From a virus (lineage: Duplodnaviria; Caudoviricetes), in IMG/VR virus record IMGVR_UViG_3300028186_000155: a DNA stretch of 64,000 nucleotides. One strand, written 5' to 3'. The position numbers and the translations under genes are program-made. The notes beneath the pieces were generated by a model that saw only the letters and a program-made list of their open reading frames with translations, searched no databases and was not told the origin of the DNA. Numbering within the stretch: the stretch's first letter is position 1; each line of letters starts with the position of its first letter. Of the stretch, positions 8,434-17,838 are shown piece after piece.

Positions 8434-9951
8434 ATGCCCAAGGCAGTAACTAAAACCAGCAAGCTCGACCTGAAGACCGACGATGGCAAAGGCCCAGTGT
8501 CTAAAGGTGCAAAGAGCAAAGTAGCAAAAGCGGTTTCCAAGGCTGTCGCCGTTCCCGCTAAAAATGTCTTCGACCCTTACGCGAATTTTGAAGACGAAAT
8601 TGATAACATGGAGAAAAAGGTCGGCTTGACCTCCATGGCTGTCAGTGAAAAAGAAGACCGCCTCGATACCGGCAGTCTTTGTGTAAACCTGCAAATGGCT
8701 GGCGGCCTGCTGGCTGGTGGTTGGTACACCTTCTACGGCGAAGAGCAATCGTGTAAAACCACGCTTGCTACAACCGTTATGGGTTCGATCATCCGCAAGG
8801 CCGATTTCCGAGGCAAAGCGTTTTTCTTCGACTACGAAGGTTCGTTCTCGGCGGAATACGCCAACGCCATGTGGAAATACAATGGCAACGGCAAGGCCTC
8901 GCAGGCTGAGGAAGTTTTCGGTGTGCAGGACAAAGAGGGTAATTACATTATCCGTCCGCGCATCCGTTACTATGCGCCTGCTGTAGGTGAGGATTTCTTC
9001 GACGCGCTCGCAAAAATCCTGAAGACCTTACCATCGGTTCTCAAAATCGACGGTGAATTCTTCTACATCTACGAAAACAACAAGGCCAACCAGAAGCTGA
9101 CCAAAGGCCTCTACGACGCCAAGTATTTCAAGAAGTTCAACAAGTTCAAAGTTCCGGCGCCGCATGGTCTGCCGCAAGCTGTGTTCCTTGTGGACTCTTA
9201 CCCAGCAATGCTTTCCCGCCGCGCCGACGAAAAAGAAGACGGCACCGATGGTTTGGCATCGCAAGCACGTATGTTCTCTGACGGGATCAAACGCGTAAAA
9301 GGTAAGATGAAAGAAAAGCGCGTGTTGGTGCTCGGTATCAACCAGCTGCGTGAAGTGCCTATGGCCATGTACGGCCCGGACAAGAAAGAGCCGTGCGGTA
9401 CTGCACTGCGCTTCTTTGCCGATTGCCGTTTCCGCATGTCGCCAATTTCGATTCCTCATGGCAAAGGCATGATGGAAGAGGAAGAATCGATTAGCGGGCA
9501 AGGCGTGGACATGTACCGCTACATCAAGTGCCACGCGTTCAAAAACAAGCTGGGTGGCCCGCAGAAATCCAACATGGTTATGCGTCTCTACGTCGCTAAC
9601 GAAAACGGTGAAGGCCTCGGCTTTGACCGCGTGTGGGATTGCTGGATGTACCTGAAAGAAACTGGCCAGATTTCCGGCCAGCGCAACAAGATCAAATTCG
9701 GTGATGGTACTCCATTTGCAGGCAAAGTTCTGTCGTGGATGGACCTGAAGAAAATGGTTGATGGCGACAAAGACCTGATCAAGAAAGGGTGCGAGAAGAT
9801 GGGCATCAAGCCTATTCGTATTTACGAATGGTGCCGCCGTCAAGTCGAATCCGGTAAGGGTTATGAACTCTACCTCGATCAAATCAAAAACACTCACACC
9901 AAGAAAGCAGCCAAAGCCGCAGCGGCTGCCGATGGTGAAGACGAAGAGTGA
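8434..9951 (+). CDS. recA: RecA/UvsX-like recombinase
   Basis: LDTGS, Walker A GEEQSCKTT, FLVDS, QARMFS, INQLR, GTALRFFA, KNKL. Confidence 0.9.
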   Translation: MPKAVTKTSKLDLKTDDGKGPVSKGAKSKVAKAVSKAVAVPAKNVFDPYANFEDEIDNMEKKVGLTSMAVSEKEDRLDTGSLCVNLQMAGGLLAGGWYTFYGEEQSCKTTLATTVMGSIIRKADFRGKAFFFDYEGSFSAEYANAMWKYNGNGKASQAEEVFGVQDKEGNYIIRPRIRYYAPAVGEDFFDALAKILKTLPSVLKIDGEFFYIYENNKANQKLTKGLYDAKYFKKFNKFKVPAPHGLPQAVFLVDSYPAMLSRRADEKEDGTDGLASQARMFSDGIKRVKGKMKEKRVLVLGINQLREVPMAMYGPDKKEPCGTALRFFADCRFRMSPISIPHGKGMMEEEESISGQGVDMYRYIKCHAFKNKLGGPQKSNMVMRLYVANENGEGLGFDRVWDCWMYLKETGQISGQRNKIKFGDGTPFAGKVLSWMDLKKMVDGDKDLIKKGCEKMGIKPIRIYEWCRRQVESGKGYELYLDQIKNTHTKKAAKAAAAADGEDEE

Positions 9952-9961
9952 TTTAACCGTT

Positions 9962-9990
9962 TGGGGCCTTCGTGGCCCCATTCGCTTTTT
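9962..9990 (+). terminator. probable terminator
   Basis: TGGGGCC-TTCGT-GGCCCCA followed by a T-rich tail. Confidence 0.6.
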
Positions 9991-10035
9991 CCTACGCTGC
10001 AAAAACTCAATCCGATTCTATCGTGGAGATTTGCT

Positions 10036-10629
10036 ATGCCTCGTATTGTCCATGCAATTGAACGTTGTGGTGGCCTTGAATTCCGTGCGTTCGAAATCCC
10101 TTTGCCCAGTTTCAATGAGCCGGGTTCCCACAGGCAAGGCACCAGCCTGTATTGCTTCCGTAGCCGCGAACTCAAGCGCGCATTTCCACAAAAACACGCA
10201 ACCAAGACCACTGAAAAGAATCCGGCGCTCTACTATTCGATTGCTGATGAAGAAGACCTGCATTTCCGCTACACGCATTTGCGGGAATTCTATGAGCGTA
10301 AATTCCCTGATGCTGTGTGGCGTGATCCCGGCCCGGATTTTCTGCCGGTAGGAATTCACGCAATCCCACTGATTAAGGTCGCCAGCGTTTTCGAATTTTA
10401 CGAAGCGATTGGCTACGACTACAAGAAACAGAAATGGCTGCCACAATCCGAGGTGCAGAAATTCAAGACGGATTTCTATCGGGCCAATGCAATCATGATG
10501 GGGCAACAAGCACGCACCGCCAACCAAATAGCACCACCGGAAATTTTGGAAAATAACCAGACTGCAACGGAATCCGGCTGTGAGCCGCGTTCGTCGGACA
10601 GCGGCACCGCCGAGGGTGCCCGGCCTTGA
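10036..10629 (+). CDS. hypothetical protein
   Basis: GGAG RBS; ORF MPRIVHAIE... Confidence 0.65.
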   Translation: MPRIVHAIERCGGLEFRAFEIPLPSFNEPGSHRQGTSLYCFRSRELKRAFPQKHATKTTEKNPALYYSIADEEDLHFRYTHLREFYERKFPDAVWRDPGPDFLPVGIHAIPLIKVASVFEFYEAIGYDYKKQKWLPQSEVQKFKTDFYRANAIMMGQQARTANQIAPPEILENNQTATESGCEPRSSDSGTAEGARP

Positions 10630-10697
10630 CACACCCTGTCACACTGTGCTAGGCGCGGGCCACCCCGCAGCCCCTGTGGGCCGGGGCCTGTAGGGCT

Positions 10698-10803
10698 AAA
10701 CTTCCCATATAGCGTAACCTTGCGTAAGTCGTTGATTCTAGGTAGCATTACAGGGTTGCGGCATGACGCTCGCAGCAAGGCACTTACACAATATGGGAAG
10801 TTT
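10698..10803. repeat. nested inverted repeat with a central IHF-consensus site
   Basis: AAACTTCCCATAT (10698-10710) pairs with ATATGGGAAGTTT (10791-10803); TAAGTCGTTGATT at 10725-10737 is the reverse complement of WATCAANNNNTTR. Confidence 0.65.
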
Positions 10804-10859
10804 CTTGTCCCTCCTATCCACCCGCAATACGACCAGTAGTATTTGAAAAGGATCGGTAT

Positions 10860-11306
10860 ATGGATATCGACTATCAGACATTCGAGGCTGGGGATTTTTC
10901 TTGCCTGCCCGCTCTGTCTAATGGATGCGCAGCTTCAATTGGTTACATTGCTGATCACATCCCCCGGAAAGATTCCGTGGTGGTGCTGGCTTCCGGCATT
11001 GACGCCGAAGGCCAATCGGAAGTCGTCGGTTACATTTTGGCGACCGTGAATGAAGAGGGCGCGTTTATCCACAACGTGCACGTACAAGAAATCTACCGCC
11101 GCAAAGGTCATGCAACCCGCTTGCTTGATCATCTGGCGAACGCTGTAGAGCATGGTATGGGCGCAGGTCCGATTAAACTATTCGTGGCTGACAATAATGC
11201 CAATGCCGTCATGTGCTATTTGGAAAACCAATTCGTGGTTGAGGCACGAATACCAAATTGCCGTGAAGCAAATGTGGCAACCCTGCTGATGACTCGCCAA
11301 ATATAA
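10860..11306 (+). CDS. GNAT (RimI-like) acetyltransferase
   Basis: IHNVHVQEIYRRKGHATRLL motif A; N..A...Y...F motif. Confidence 0.85.
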   Translation: MDIDYQTFEAGDFSCLPALSNGCAASIGYIADHIPRKDSVVVLASGIDAEGQSEVVGYILATVNEEGAFIHNVHVQEIYRRKGHATRLLDHLANAVEHGMGAGPIKLFVADNNANAVMCYLENQFVVEARIPNCREANVATLLMTRQI

Positions 11307-11350
11307 ATGCGAGCGCAGCAAGCAGCTGTGAATGCTGTAGGAGCGAATGG

Positions 11351-11356
11351 TAATTT
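11351..11356 (+). promoter_or_regulatory. putative phage promoter motif B (TAATTT)
   Basis: Same core at 26451, 42066, 51921 and 58759, each upstream of a gene; followed here by a GGGCC/GGCCC hairpin. Confidence 0.4.
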
Positions 11357-11409
11357 CATATTACCGGGCCGCTTTTTGGCCCTAACTACGTTTAATCGGG
11401 GATTTATCT

Positions 11410-12696
11410 GTGTCTAATCACAAATACTTTGATGGTGTGCTCAATGCCCTGAGCGCCTTCGAAGAAGGCATGGCAAAGAACACACTGCGTCGGAAGTCGG
11501 AAGTAATCGCAAAGCTGAACGCGATTTCTAACGAAACCACCACTTTGCAAAACCAAGGGAAACTCCCCCAAGGCACGAAATCGTCTCTGTCCAAAATCAG
11601 CAAGCTGGTTCGAGATACGATTAGCGGCCTCGAAACTGGCGTGTTCAGCAACCTGACGGCGGTTCGGGAAGTTGCACGCGATCACTTTGGGCGTCTGCAC
11701 AGCACATTGCGCCAGCAACTGGACGGCGGCCTCAATGCCGAACAGAAAGAACTGGTGCGGGAAAACTACGCGAACGACGAAGACAAATTCGAGGAATTGA
11801 AGCGCCTCGTAGGTGCCTTCGATCCGGGCACGCTGTTGATCAACGGCGTCAAGGTAGAAAAGCGCGTAGCACTGGCAAACGTTACCACCTTCCTGAATGA
11901 CAATTTCACCCTCTCGCAATTGCGTTCGATCCGTCCGCTCAAAGAAGACGGCACAAACGACCCGGATTCTAAGTGGAATCAGATTTCCTACCCGGAAATT
12001 TGGGCTGCTATGCAACCCGATGCGAAAGGCAAAGCAAAACTGTCTGCACTGAAACGCGAATTGGTGCAGAAGCACGACGATGATTTGGCGCAGCTGTCCG
12101 AGTCCTACAAGGAACTCGTTCGCCGTCTGCCCCGTAGTCTCCGAGTTCCATTCGCTGCTGTTTACTATCCGGTTATTCCAGTATTCCACGACCTCGGCGC
12201 TTACAAGCCGGGCCGTTTGGAACACGCGGGGTTCAAAGTCAAATGGATTGGAACCCATTTCCCCGTATTGGAAGATCAGTTCCTGCTGTGTGTTGACCTC
12301 GATAAAATCGGCATTAAAGATTCCGTGCGTATGACCCGTGATGGCGAGCGCATGAAAACTGTAAATAATGATGGAGAGCTGGCGAAAGCTGTGCAGGGAA
12401 TCATTGACCAAATCAATGAAACCGCACGCCATTCCGGCCAATCGTTCTCACTGGCATCCGATACCATTGTGCGTAACCCGAACAATCCACGCATTGCCCT
12501 TGTGTGGTTGATCGATTCCCGTGTGCGCAAGCAGCTGCATAACCTGCTTGACGGCAAAACCAAAACCACATGGGATATCCCGCGCCACAATATGGAAGCC
12601 ACAAAGCTGAAGCATGGCGACACACCAGCCGCCACGCAAAAGCTGATCGATGCCTCCTATGCCAAGCACCACGGCAATAAGCAGAAAGGTAAGTGA
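11410..12696 (+). CDS. hypothetical protein
   Basis: 428-aa ORF, GTG start. Confidence 0.75.
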   Translation: MSNHKYFDGVLNALSAFEEGMAKNTLRRKSEVIAKLNAISNETTTLQNQGKLPQGTKSSLSKISKLVRDTISGLETGVFSNLTAVREVARDHFGRLHSTLRQQLDGGLNAEQKELVRENYANDEDKFEELKRLVGAFDPGTLLINGVKVEKRVALANVTTFLNDNFTLSQLRSIRPLKEDGTNDPDSKWNQISYPEIWAAMQPDAKGKAKLSALKRELVQKHDDDLAQLSESYKELVRRLPRSLRVPFAAVYYPVIPVFHDLGAYKPGRLEHAGFKVKWIGTHFPVLEDQFLLCVDLDKIGIKDSVRMTRDGERMKTVNNDGELAKAVQGIIDQINETARHSGQSFSLASDTIVRNPNNPRIALVWLIDSRVRKQLHNLLDGKTKTTWDIPRHNMEATKLKHGDTPAATQKLIDASYAKHHGNKQKGK

Positions 12697-13217
12697 CAGA
12701 GTATTACAAAGAGGGTGATTGCACGATTTGCGAGAAGTGGTTCCCATTGCTGCACTGGCACCACACTATTCCGCAATCGCTAGGCGGCAAAGACAGCCTG
12801 CAAATCCCTCTTTGTGCCCAATGTCACAACCTGCTGCATGCGCATGCGCTAGCCGTGGTAGCCAAGGTTAAAAAGGTCAACACCGGTCAAAGCCCAAAAA
12901 AGCAAAAGCAATATTGGGCCAACACGACCATGGAACACAATGCAGGCCCGTATCTCAAGATACTGGTAGAGGCGATTCTGAGTGACGAATCTGTTGTGGG
13001 TAAACAGTATGTCATGCAGTTCAAGGCGCCCCCTGCATTGCACACAGCACTGCAACTGTTTAAATCGGACAGTAACGTATCGTCGCTAGAGAAAGCGATG
13101 GTGCTTGCGATTAGTGAATTTTTGAGAAATAGGGGCTATTTGGATAATGAGCGTTCAATCAGGGATCAAAGCACAGGTAACAAAGGGTCTGCGCGAAGTA
13201 AGCCCAACTTGTGGTGA
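12693..13217 (+). CDS. HNH endonuclease-domain protein
   Basis: CxxC...HHTIPQSLGG...LCAQCHNLLH. Confidence 0.85.
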   Translation: MTEYYKEGDCTICEKWFPLLHWHHTIPQSLGGKDSLQIPLCAQCHNLLHAHALAVVAKVKKVNTGQSPKKQKQYWANTTMEHNAGPYLKILVEAILSDESVVGKQYVMQFKAPPALHTALQLFKSDSNVSSLEKAMVLAISEFLRNRGYLDNERSIRDQSTGNKGSARSKPNLW

Positions 13218-14112
13218 TTGCAGCGGTCTGCGTGACGATATTCTGGTCGAGGGGAACACTGTTCCATGTGGGAGCGTACCGAAAGGTAACTTGACCAAGA
13301 AAGGCACGGACGACAAGGGCAATATCAATGCAGCGGCGAACCAGAAAAACCGTGAGCCGAAGCACGAAGCATCTGCCATTTGTCCAAAGTTTTCTCCAAA
13401 TACTCGCCCGGTGGGAGCCACGGGCGCTGAAAAGATTTCTGAACTGGCAGCACTGATCAGCAGCATTGACCCGAAGGCGCTGCGTGCCCTCGGCGTGCTG
13501 ATGTTCAACGAACCGAACACCCGTAATCAGGGCATGACTTTCATGCAGAAAGTTTACGTCCGTTTCCGTGGATCGCTCGGTCGCAATTACGTTTCCAATT
13601 TCATGCAAGCATACGTCATGTATGCGACTCCGCAACAATACAAACTTATGAGCGCTGATGGTCGCTGCGTGCTGACCTACGGCGAGAATTGCCGCCCGGT
13701 AATTCACACCGAAGAAGAATTCGCCGTCATGTACGAAAAGATGCTGGCGAAAGGTGCTCTGATCGACCCCGATGCAACCACGTTGATTTCCCGGCGCTGG
13801 CGCCATGAAGAGGAATTCAATTTGGGCATTTCCGACCTCGCAGACAAAGCAGCAGACGCGGGTATCGGTGTGTCCACAATTGACGACGTGTTCGCCGCTA
13901 ACAAAGTCCGCAAAGGCCAGAAAAAGGGCCTCCCCGACCTTATCGAGTTGGTGGCGGATGCGGCTGCCGGTTACGACGTTGACAGCAAGACTTCGAATTT
14001 TGTTGAACGCGACGTGAAACGCAGCAAAGGCGATGAAGCAGAAGACGACCAGCCGAAGAAAAAACGCGGGTCCGGGGTTAAAGTTCGTAACGTGCGCGGG
14101 GGTGCAGAATAA
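13147..14112 (+). CDS. hypothetical protein with Cys-rich N-terminus
   Basis: 321-aa ORF coupled to the next gene. Confidence 0.7.
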   Translation: MSVQSGIKAQVTKGLREVSPTCGDCSGLRDDILVEGNTVPCGSVPKGNLTKKGTDDKGNINAAANQKNREPKHEASAICPKFSPNTRPVGATGAEKISELAALISSIDPKALRALGVLMFNEPNTRNQGMTFMQKVYVRFRGSLGRNYVSNFMQAYVMYATPQQYKLMSADGRCVLTYGENCRPVIHTEEEFAVMYEKMLAKGALIDPDATTLISRRWRHEEEFNLGISDLADKAADAGIGVSTIDDVFAANKVRKGQKKGLPDLIELVADAAAGYDVDSKTSNFVERDVKRSKGDEAEDDQPKKKRGSGVKVRNVRGGAE

Positions 14113-15215
14113 TGCTGGGCAAATACATTTCGCAAATCGGAATTGATCCTCAATCCCACGATGGGATGCGCCTTATCGAGGAATGTATTCTCTGTTTGTC
14201 CGGTGTTAATACTGCTTTCGAATTCCAGAACAACGTCAAGGCCATCGACCTGTCCCCTACAGGTATGAGCGGCAAGGACTTGCGTCTGCGCCTCGCGGAA
14301 AAGGCTTACCGCTCCGTCAACGTGAAATATGCGGCCCTCTTCCTCTCGCTTGTCCCCAACAACGCTGACAGCTACAACAAACTGCAACAATTCCTGAGCG
14401 CTTCTGACGTGAATTTGTTCCGCCAGATTTTCTCGCGCCGGGCGTTCAAGGCCAACGTTAAAGCCTACGCCGTGGGCCGTGGCCTCAAGGTGCAAGATGT
14501 GTCGTTTGTCGCGATGCGCCGGGACATGAAAATGTTTGAAACGTATCTGCCTAAAGCGATGCGTCATATCAAATCTCGCGTTCACAAAAAGCTGACCTTT
14601 ATCATTCGCTCTGACAACAACACGGCGAAGGATTTCACCAGCGACCTCACGGTCAAAGTGTTGAACGCATATTACAAACTGATCCCCACGCACCAGCCAG
14701 AGGCCTACATCGTTAACTACATTCGCCGTTCCGCGTCGAATGAAGCAATCAACGTTATCGACAAGCACAAGACCCACAAGCGTGAACGTTTGGTCAAGGG
14801 CAAGGCCGATGGTTTCGGAGGCAACGAGTGGGATCTGATCTGCGCGTCTGAGAACCAAACGTCGGTCAACGAAGAGGGCGAAACGGGCTATGAGTCGGTG
14901 CTGAACTCGCACGAAGACCACACGCCTAGCATCGATTCCTCGATTATGATCAGCCGCCTGATGGATCGCTTCACCGGGCGCAAGCGCAAGATTCTGGAAA
15001 TCCTGAGCGGGCAGATTGACGAACGCTTTACCCGTTTCCTCAAAGCGAAAAATAAACTAGGCCGTGGCGCTGATCACACCGATTACCAGCGCCGGGTGCC
15101 TCACACGACTTTCCTGAAAACGCTGTCGCAATACGTCGGCGTTTACCCGGAAGCTTTCAACAAATTCGTGCAGTACATTGGACGTGTACTGACTGCCCAC
15201 AAGGAGTTTGCTTAA
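14112..15215 (+). CDS. second sigma-factor-like protein (ECF-like regions 2 and 4)
   Basis: AKDFTSDLTVKVLNAYYK...NYIRRSASNEAINVIDKHK resembles region 2; ISRLMDRFTGRKRKILEI resembles region 4. Confidence 0.55.
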   Translation: MLGKYISQIGIDPQSHDGMRLIEECILCLSGVNTAFEFQNNVKAIDLSPTGMSGKDLRLRLAEKAYRSVNVKYAALFLSLVPNNADSYNKLQQFLSASDVNLFRQIFSRRAFKANVKAYAVGRGLKVQDVSFVAMRRDMKMFETYLPKAMRHIKSRVHKKLTFIIRSDNNTAKDFTSDLTVKVLNAYYKLIPTHQPEAYIVNYIRRSASNEAINVIDKHKTHKRERLVKGKADGFGGNEWDLICASENQTSVNEEGETGYESVLNSHEDHTPSIDSSIMISRLMDRFTGRKRKILEILSGQIDERFTRFLKAKNKLGRGADHTDYQRRVPHTTFLKTLSQYVGVYPEAFNKFVQYIGRVLTAHKEFA

Positions 15216-15568
15216 TGGATGCCAAGGAAAACTTGCTAAGTTGGGAATCCGAAGCTTTCGCCCTGTGGAAAGTAGAGGCCCCAATTACCTACAAGCGCCA
15301 GATTGTTAAGGAACTTTACCACCTGATCCGGTCGCAGCCAAACCAGACTAACGTGCGCCTCTTCAACGACCTGAAGCGCACCTGCTACAACGTGACACGC
15401 GTCGAATTTGACAGCGCACTGGCAACACTCGTTTTCTTCGATATGATCGGTATCCAACCGACCAAATGGAATGAAGGCGATACGGTGCACGTCAATCGTC
15501 GTCGGCGCCGTGCCCCGACTTGGCGAAAATACTTAACACAACTTGGCGCCATTCCCATGGCATCGTAG
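15215..15568 (+). CDS. hypothetical protein
   Basis: TAATG coupling; AAGGAG RBS. Confidence 0.7.
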   Translation: MDAKENLLSWESEAFALWKVEAPITYKRQIVKELYHLIRSQPNQTNVRLFNDLKRTCYNVTRVEFDSALATLVFFDMIGIQPTKWNEGDTVHVNRRRRRAPTWRKYLTQLGAIPMAS

Positions 15569-15578
15569 TAGGTAAACC

Positions 15579-17090
15579 ATGCAGATTCACAGTCCAACCG
15601 CTGAACTCCGGGCGTTGCTATCGGTAACGACCAAGAAAGTAAAAGAAGAACGGCGAACACTGTGGCTCGGCAAACTCACAAAGGATCATTTCCACACGCC
15701 AGTGATGCGGCGCGCTTTCGAGCGAATCACAACACTGGCACGGAAACGTTTCAAAATCGTTAGCTGGAAAAGTCTGTTGGAAGACCCCAGCCTAGACGAA
15801 GACTTCCGCGAAATTCTGGCAGAGACTGACGAAAGTCCCTGCCTGAAAAAATCGCAGATGAAAGAAACGCTGGAAACCCTTGAAGAGTTCCGTAAAATTC
15901 GTGTGATGCAGTCCGTGGCGGAACGCATCTATATGGCTATCGAGCAGACTTCGGTTGACGCCGAAAGTCTGCTGCTGGAAGTCACGCAGGAATTCACGAA
16001 GGCCACCGCCGCAAAACACCAAGACGTTAGTTTCCTGCGTTTTGGTAAAGATGCAAACAGCAAGGCAATTACCGATCAGATTTGCCGGAACGAAACGCTG
16101 CCGCGTATCCCGACCGGCTTAGGTGAATACGACAAGACCAACGGCGGTTTCCCTGATACCGGCGTCGTGTTCTTAGCGGCAACCACGTCTGGCGGTAAGT
16201 CGATTGTTTCCATGAACATCGGCCTGCAAATGTTCCTCAAGCAGAAACTGAGTGTCTTCCGCGTCTCGCTCGAAATGCAGGAGATTCAGGAATCCCAACG
16301 TCTGTATTCGCACATGACGGGAATCCCACTCAAAAAGTTCAAGCATGCCAAGCTGAATTCCGAAGACAAACGGAAAGTTCGTGCAGCAGAAAAAATGCTG
16401 GCAGAGCACGGCGAAAAGCATGGCATTCACCATACGATTCACTGCCCGAAGGGCGGTCTGTCGATGGAAGAAACGCTGCAACTGGCCAAGCCGTTCGGCT
16501 ACAAAGTAATCATCATCGACTATATTGGTTTGCTCAACGAAGACTCGGGCAAAGAGCAATGGAAATCGCTGATGGATGCGGCGCGTATCGCGAAGAATTA
16601 CACGCAAGAAACTGGCGCACTGGTTATCCTGCTGGCACAGCTGGACGACGAAAAAGAAGCCATGCGTTATTCCAAGGGTATGAAGGAACACGCCGACTGC
16701 GTAATCCAGTGGAACTACAGCAAACCGGAACAGCGTGAAATTCGCGAAATCCCGATGCTGGTATCTAAAGACCGTGACGGCGAAACCAATTTCATGTTCA
16801 ACATGGAAGAGCGTTTCGACATTATGTCGGTCTACAACCCCGGCCAGCAGCCTAGTGGATCGGGCGGAGGTAATCTTGAGTTTGACGATGACGATGCGGA
16901 CACCGCAGGAAAGTCGAAAAAGAAAAAAATCAAAGGTGAAAAAGCCGGAATCAAAGACGGCAAAACCAAAAAGCTCAAAGGACGATCAAGCGACCTCGAC
17001 GAAATCAAAGGTTCGGGGAAAAAGAAAAAGAAACTTAAATCCAAAACCAAGTCTCTCGCCTTTGACGATGGGCCTGCCGCGCTCTCTTGA
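15579..17090 (+). CDS. dnaB: DnaB-like replicative helicase
   Basis: IPTG, Walker A AATTSGGKS, SLEM, IIIDYIGLL, LAQL, KDRDG. Confidence 0.9.
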   Translation: MQIHSPTAELRALLSVTTKKVKEERRTLWLGKLTKDHFHTPVMRRAFERITTLARKRFKIVSWKSLLEDPSLDEDFREILAETDESPCLKKSQMKETLETLEEFRKIRVMQSVAERIYMAIEQTSVDAESLLLEVTQEFTKATAAKHQDVSFLRFGKDANSKAITDQICRNETLPRIPTGLGEYDKTNGGFPDTGVVFLAATTSGGKSIVSMNIGLQMFLKQKLSVFRVSLEMQEIQESQRLYSHMTGIPLKKFKHAKLNSEDKRKVRAAEKMLAEHGEKHGIHHTIHCPKGGLSMEETLQLAKPFGYKVIIIDYIGLLNEDSGKEQWKSLMDAARIAKNYTQETGALVILLAQLDDEKEAMRYSKGMKEHADCVIQWNYSKPEQREIREIPMLVSKDRDGETNFMFNMEERFDIMSVYNPGQQPSGSGGGNLEFDDDDADTAGKSKKKKIKGEKAGIKDGKTKKLKGRSSDLDEIKGSGKKKKKLKSKTKSLAFDDGPAALS

Positions 17091-17838
17091 TGAACTCACA
17101 CGCGGCGAGCATATAGACCTTGTTGCAGGCAACACCCGGATAGGCCCCAATGATGTGTTCCCCACGAACAAGGTCTATCACGTAAAAAGCGCAAACATTC
17201 CAGACGGTGTATTCCGCTGCGACCCCTCTGTTCCGCCATGGCGATATGCCGACGCTATCGCAATGGACGTTCCCCACGATCCCGCCCGTTACCATCACGA
17301 AGACATTAACTATTCCGAAGAGACTGAAGCCCCGCTCGCCATGAACGAGTTCGAGGTGCCAGACTCCGAATTAGTGCGCTTTAATCACGATGTTTCGTCC
17401 GAGTTGGATCGTTTCAAGCATCTTTTCTACAAAGGGGCGGCAACCCTGAATGCAATGCATGATGCCGCCGAATACGTTGAGGCCGCGCTGTTTAGCGGCC
17501 TTGATATTGAACTGGATATGGACGAAGCGCTGCTAAAAGCCTTCGTCTCTGTTTCGCGTCTGGATGCACTGGCCGCCATGGTCAAATCCACTTCGAATCT
17601 TACCGAAGAGCAACAGGCGTCTTACCTAGAAAAAATCACCGCGTTTATGGCTGAACGCACGGCGCATGCCCTCGACAAGCACGACAACGGGGAGCAAATC
17701 CGGCGAGGCCTACAGGCGCAAAAGGAACTTTATGCACGCGTCCGCCCAGCTGAAGAAACAGATTACGTCAAACGTATGCAACAACAGAGCGACCCTATAC
17801 CGACGATGTGGGGCGTTAGAGGTACACGCAAACCATGA
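17068..17838 (+). CDS. hypothetical protein (terminase small-subunit candidate by position only)
   Basis: ORF directly upstream of, and overlapping, the large terminase. Confidence 0.6.
   Translation: MGLPRSLDELTRGEHIDLVAGNTRIGPNDVFPTNKVYHVKSANIPDGVFRCDPSVPPWRYADAIAMDVPHDPARYHHEDINYSEETEAPLAMNEFEVPDSELVRFNHDVSSELDRFKHLFYKGAATLNAMHDAAEYVEAALFSGLDIELDMDEALLKAFVSVSRLDALAAMVKSTSNLTEEQQASYLEKITAFMAERTAHALDKHDNGEQIRRGLQAQKELYARVRPAEETDYVKRMQQQSDPIPTMWGVRGTRKP

Noticed and set aside
12693-13217. HNH gene as an intron-encoded homing endonuclease
   Set aside because: It overlaps both intact neighbours, with no interrupted host gene or intron-like flanks
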